Source: Camelus ferus
Lineage: Eukaryota
NCBI RefSeq assembly: GCF_009834535.1
Contig: NC_045706.1
Coordinates: 31,560,001 to 31,624,000, forward strand
DNA: 64,000 nucleotides
Reading direction: 5' to 3'
The translations under genes and the position numbers were made by a program. Shown here piece after piece: positions 62,991 to 64,000 of the stretch (position 1 is the stretch's first letter; each line of letters begins with the position of its first letter). The notes below the pieces were generated by a model, which did no database searches, was not told the DNA's origin, and saw only the letters and a program-made list of their open reading frames with translations.

Positions 62991-64000
62991 CCAGTGGAGG
63001 CGTATAATACCTCTAGCACATCAGTTAACAATGCATTGTAGACAGGAGAATGGGCAGAATCTGTACTTGATTTCATGATATACCCTGGAAATTGTGTTTT
63101 TAAAGTATTTTGTATTGATAAAAACAGAGGAAGAAAAATACAGTGCCCATATACATATACTACCATTTAAATTCAACAGTAGTCAATATTTTTCCCTATT
63201 TATTTGTTTGCTTAATGTATTTTTGAGTATTGTATCTTTCGGAAAAAAATTCAAATTATGTTCTGCTTTCTGTCTGCATTCCTACCTTCTTTTCTCACCC
63301 TAAGTTGAAACCGATTATATAGATTTTATATTTTCTGGCGTAAGTCTGTTTAAATGCAATTTAGTGTTAATTGTGCTGTTATCTGTGACAGAGGAAGAAA
63401 TTCCTTATGTGAATTCATGGGAATAGAAATTATTTTATAGAGTAAATATGCCGATTCATAATAAATTTTGAGGCAACGTCTGTATTTTCAACGTCTATCC
63501 CCCCCCCTTTTTGAACCATCTTTTTAGAAAGTGATATAAATTGTCTAGTTTATGCTTGCTTTTGAATAAGGATAGTATGACCTAGATTTAAAACTAGAGA
63601 CTCTTCTGTAGTTGGTTTCTTAACTACTGCTCTAATGCAAAACCACTTAAAGTCCACCCAACCCCACAAACTGTTTCAGAACCTATTATGGCATGGTTGA
63701 TATGTATCCCAGCAAAGCCACATTATCTATATTCGATTTAAAAGAGGCATTGGTTAGGAAATATTAGAAGGTTTTCTATGCTACTGAAAACATTAATCTA
63801 ATAATATAAACTGTGTACTTTAAAATTGCATGTTGAATAGTACTTAGCTTTAAACTCTTCATGACCTTGCAGCAAGCTGATATAAAAATACTCTTTCAGA
63901 AATGTGAAGTTTTTAGATATTCTCTAAGACACAATTTTCTACTTAAATAGCTTTCTCCGTTGGTTGGCCTCTTTTGCTATCTTTCAAAGGCTACATAAGG

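Larger units (their letters stand above)
59061..64000 (+). other. CPEB3: CPEB3 intron after the first coding exon (partial)
   Basis: Follows the GT donor at 59061; no further CPEB3 exon seen. Confidence 0.85.

Noticed and set aside
59061..64000. CPEB3 HDV-like self-cleaving ribozyme, expected in this intron
   Set aside because: No match by eye to the recalled GGGGGCCACAGCAGAAGCGTTCACG... sequence; GGGGGCC at 60155-60161 continues differently. It probably lies downstream of the window. An Infernal search with the Rfam CPEB3 ribozyme model would settle it.
1..64000. Prokaryote-type systems (CRISPR, operons, rRNA)
   Set aside because: Intron-rich mammalian DNA; no repeat-spacer arrays, rRNA or NUMT-like sequence seen.

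Overview
Mammalian genomic DNA, probably a camelid (alpaca/camel), inferred from three tRNA-derived Vic-1-like SINEs and no recognisable Alu, Bov-tA or Can-SINE. The window holds the head-to-head pair MARCHF5 (minus strand; coding exons 1 and 2, the latter the RING-CH domain) and CPEB3 (plus strand; candidate non-coding first exons and the large Q/P/A-rich first coding exon). They share a CpG-island bidirectional promoter at ~28.4-29.5 kb. The rest is intron rich in L1, L2, MIR, hAT and LTR remnants. Most interesting: the 150 nt of 'intron' just upstream of the usual CPEB3 ATG is an open in-frame 50-codon extension beginning MGDYGF, which matches the CPEB4 N-terminus (and CPEB2 MRDFGF) as I recall them. 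It has its own candidate promoter motifs and an alternative acceptor. Also notable are a palindromic ATG that opens overlapping uORFs in both genes, and a long CPEB3 polyQ. The CPEB3 HDV-like ribozyme was not found and probably lies downstream of the window. Repeat subfamily names and boundaries are by eye and approximate; paralog and human comparisons are from memory.
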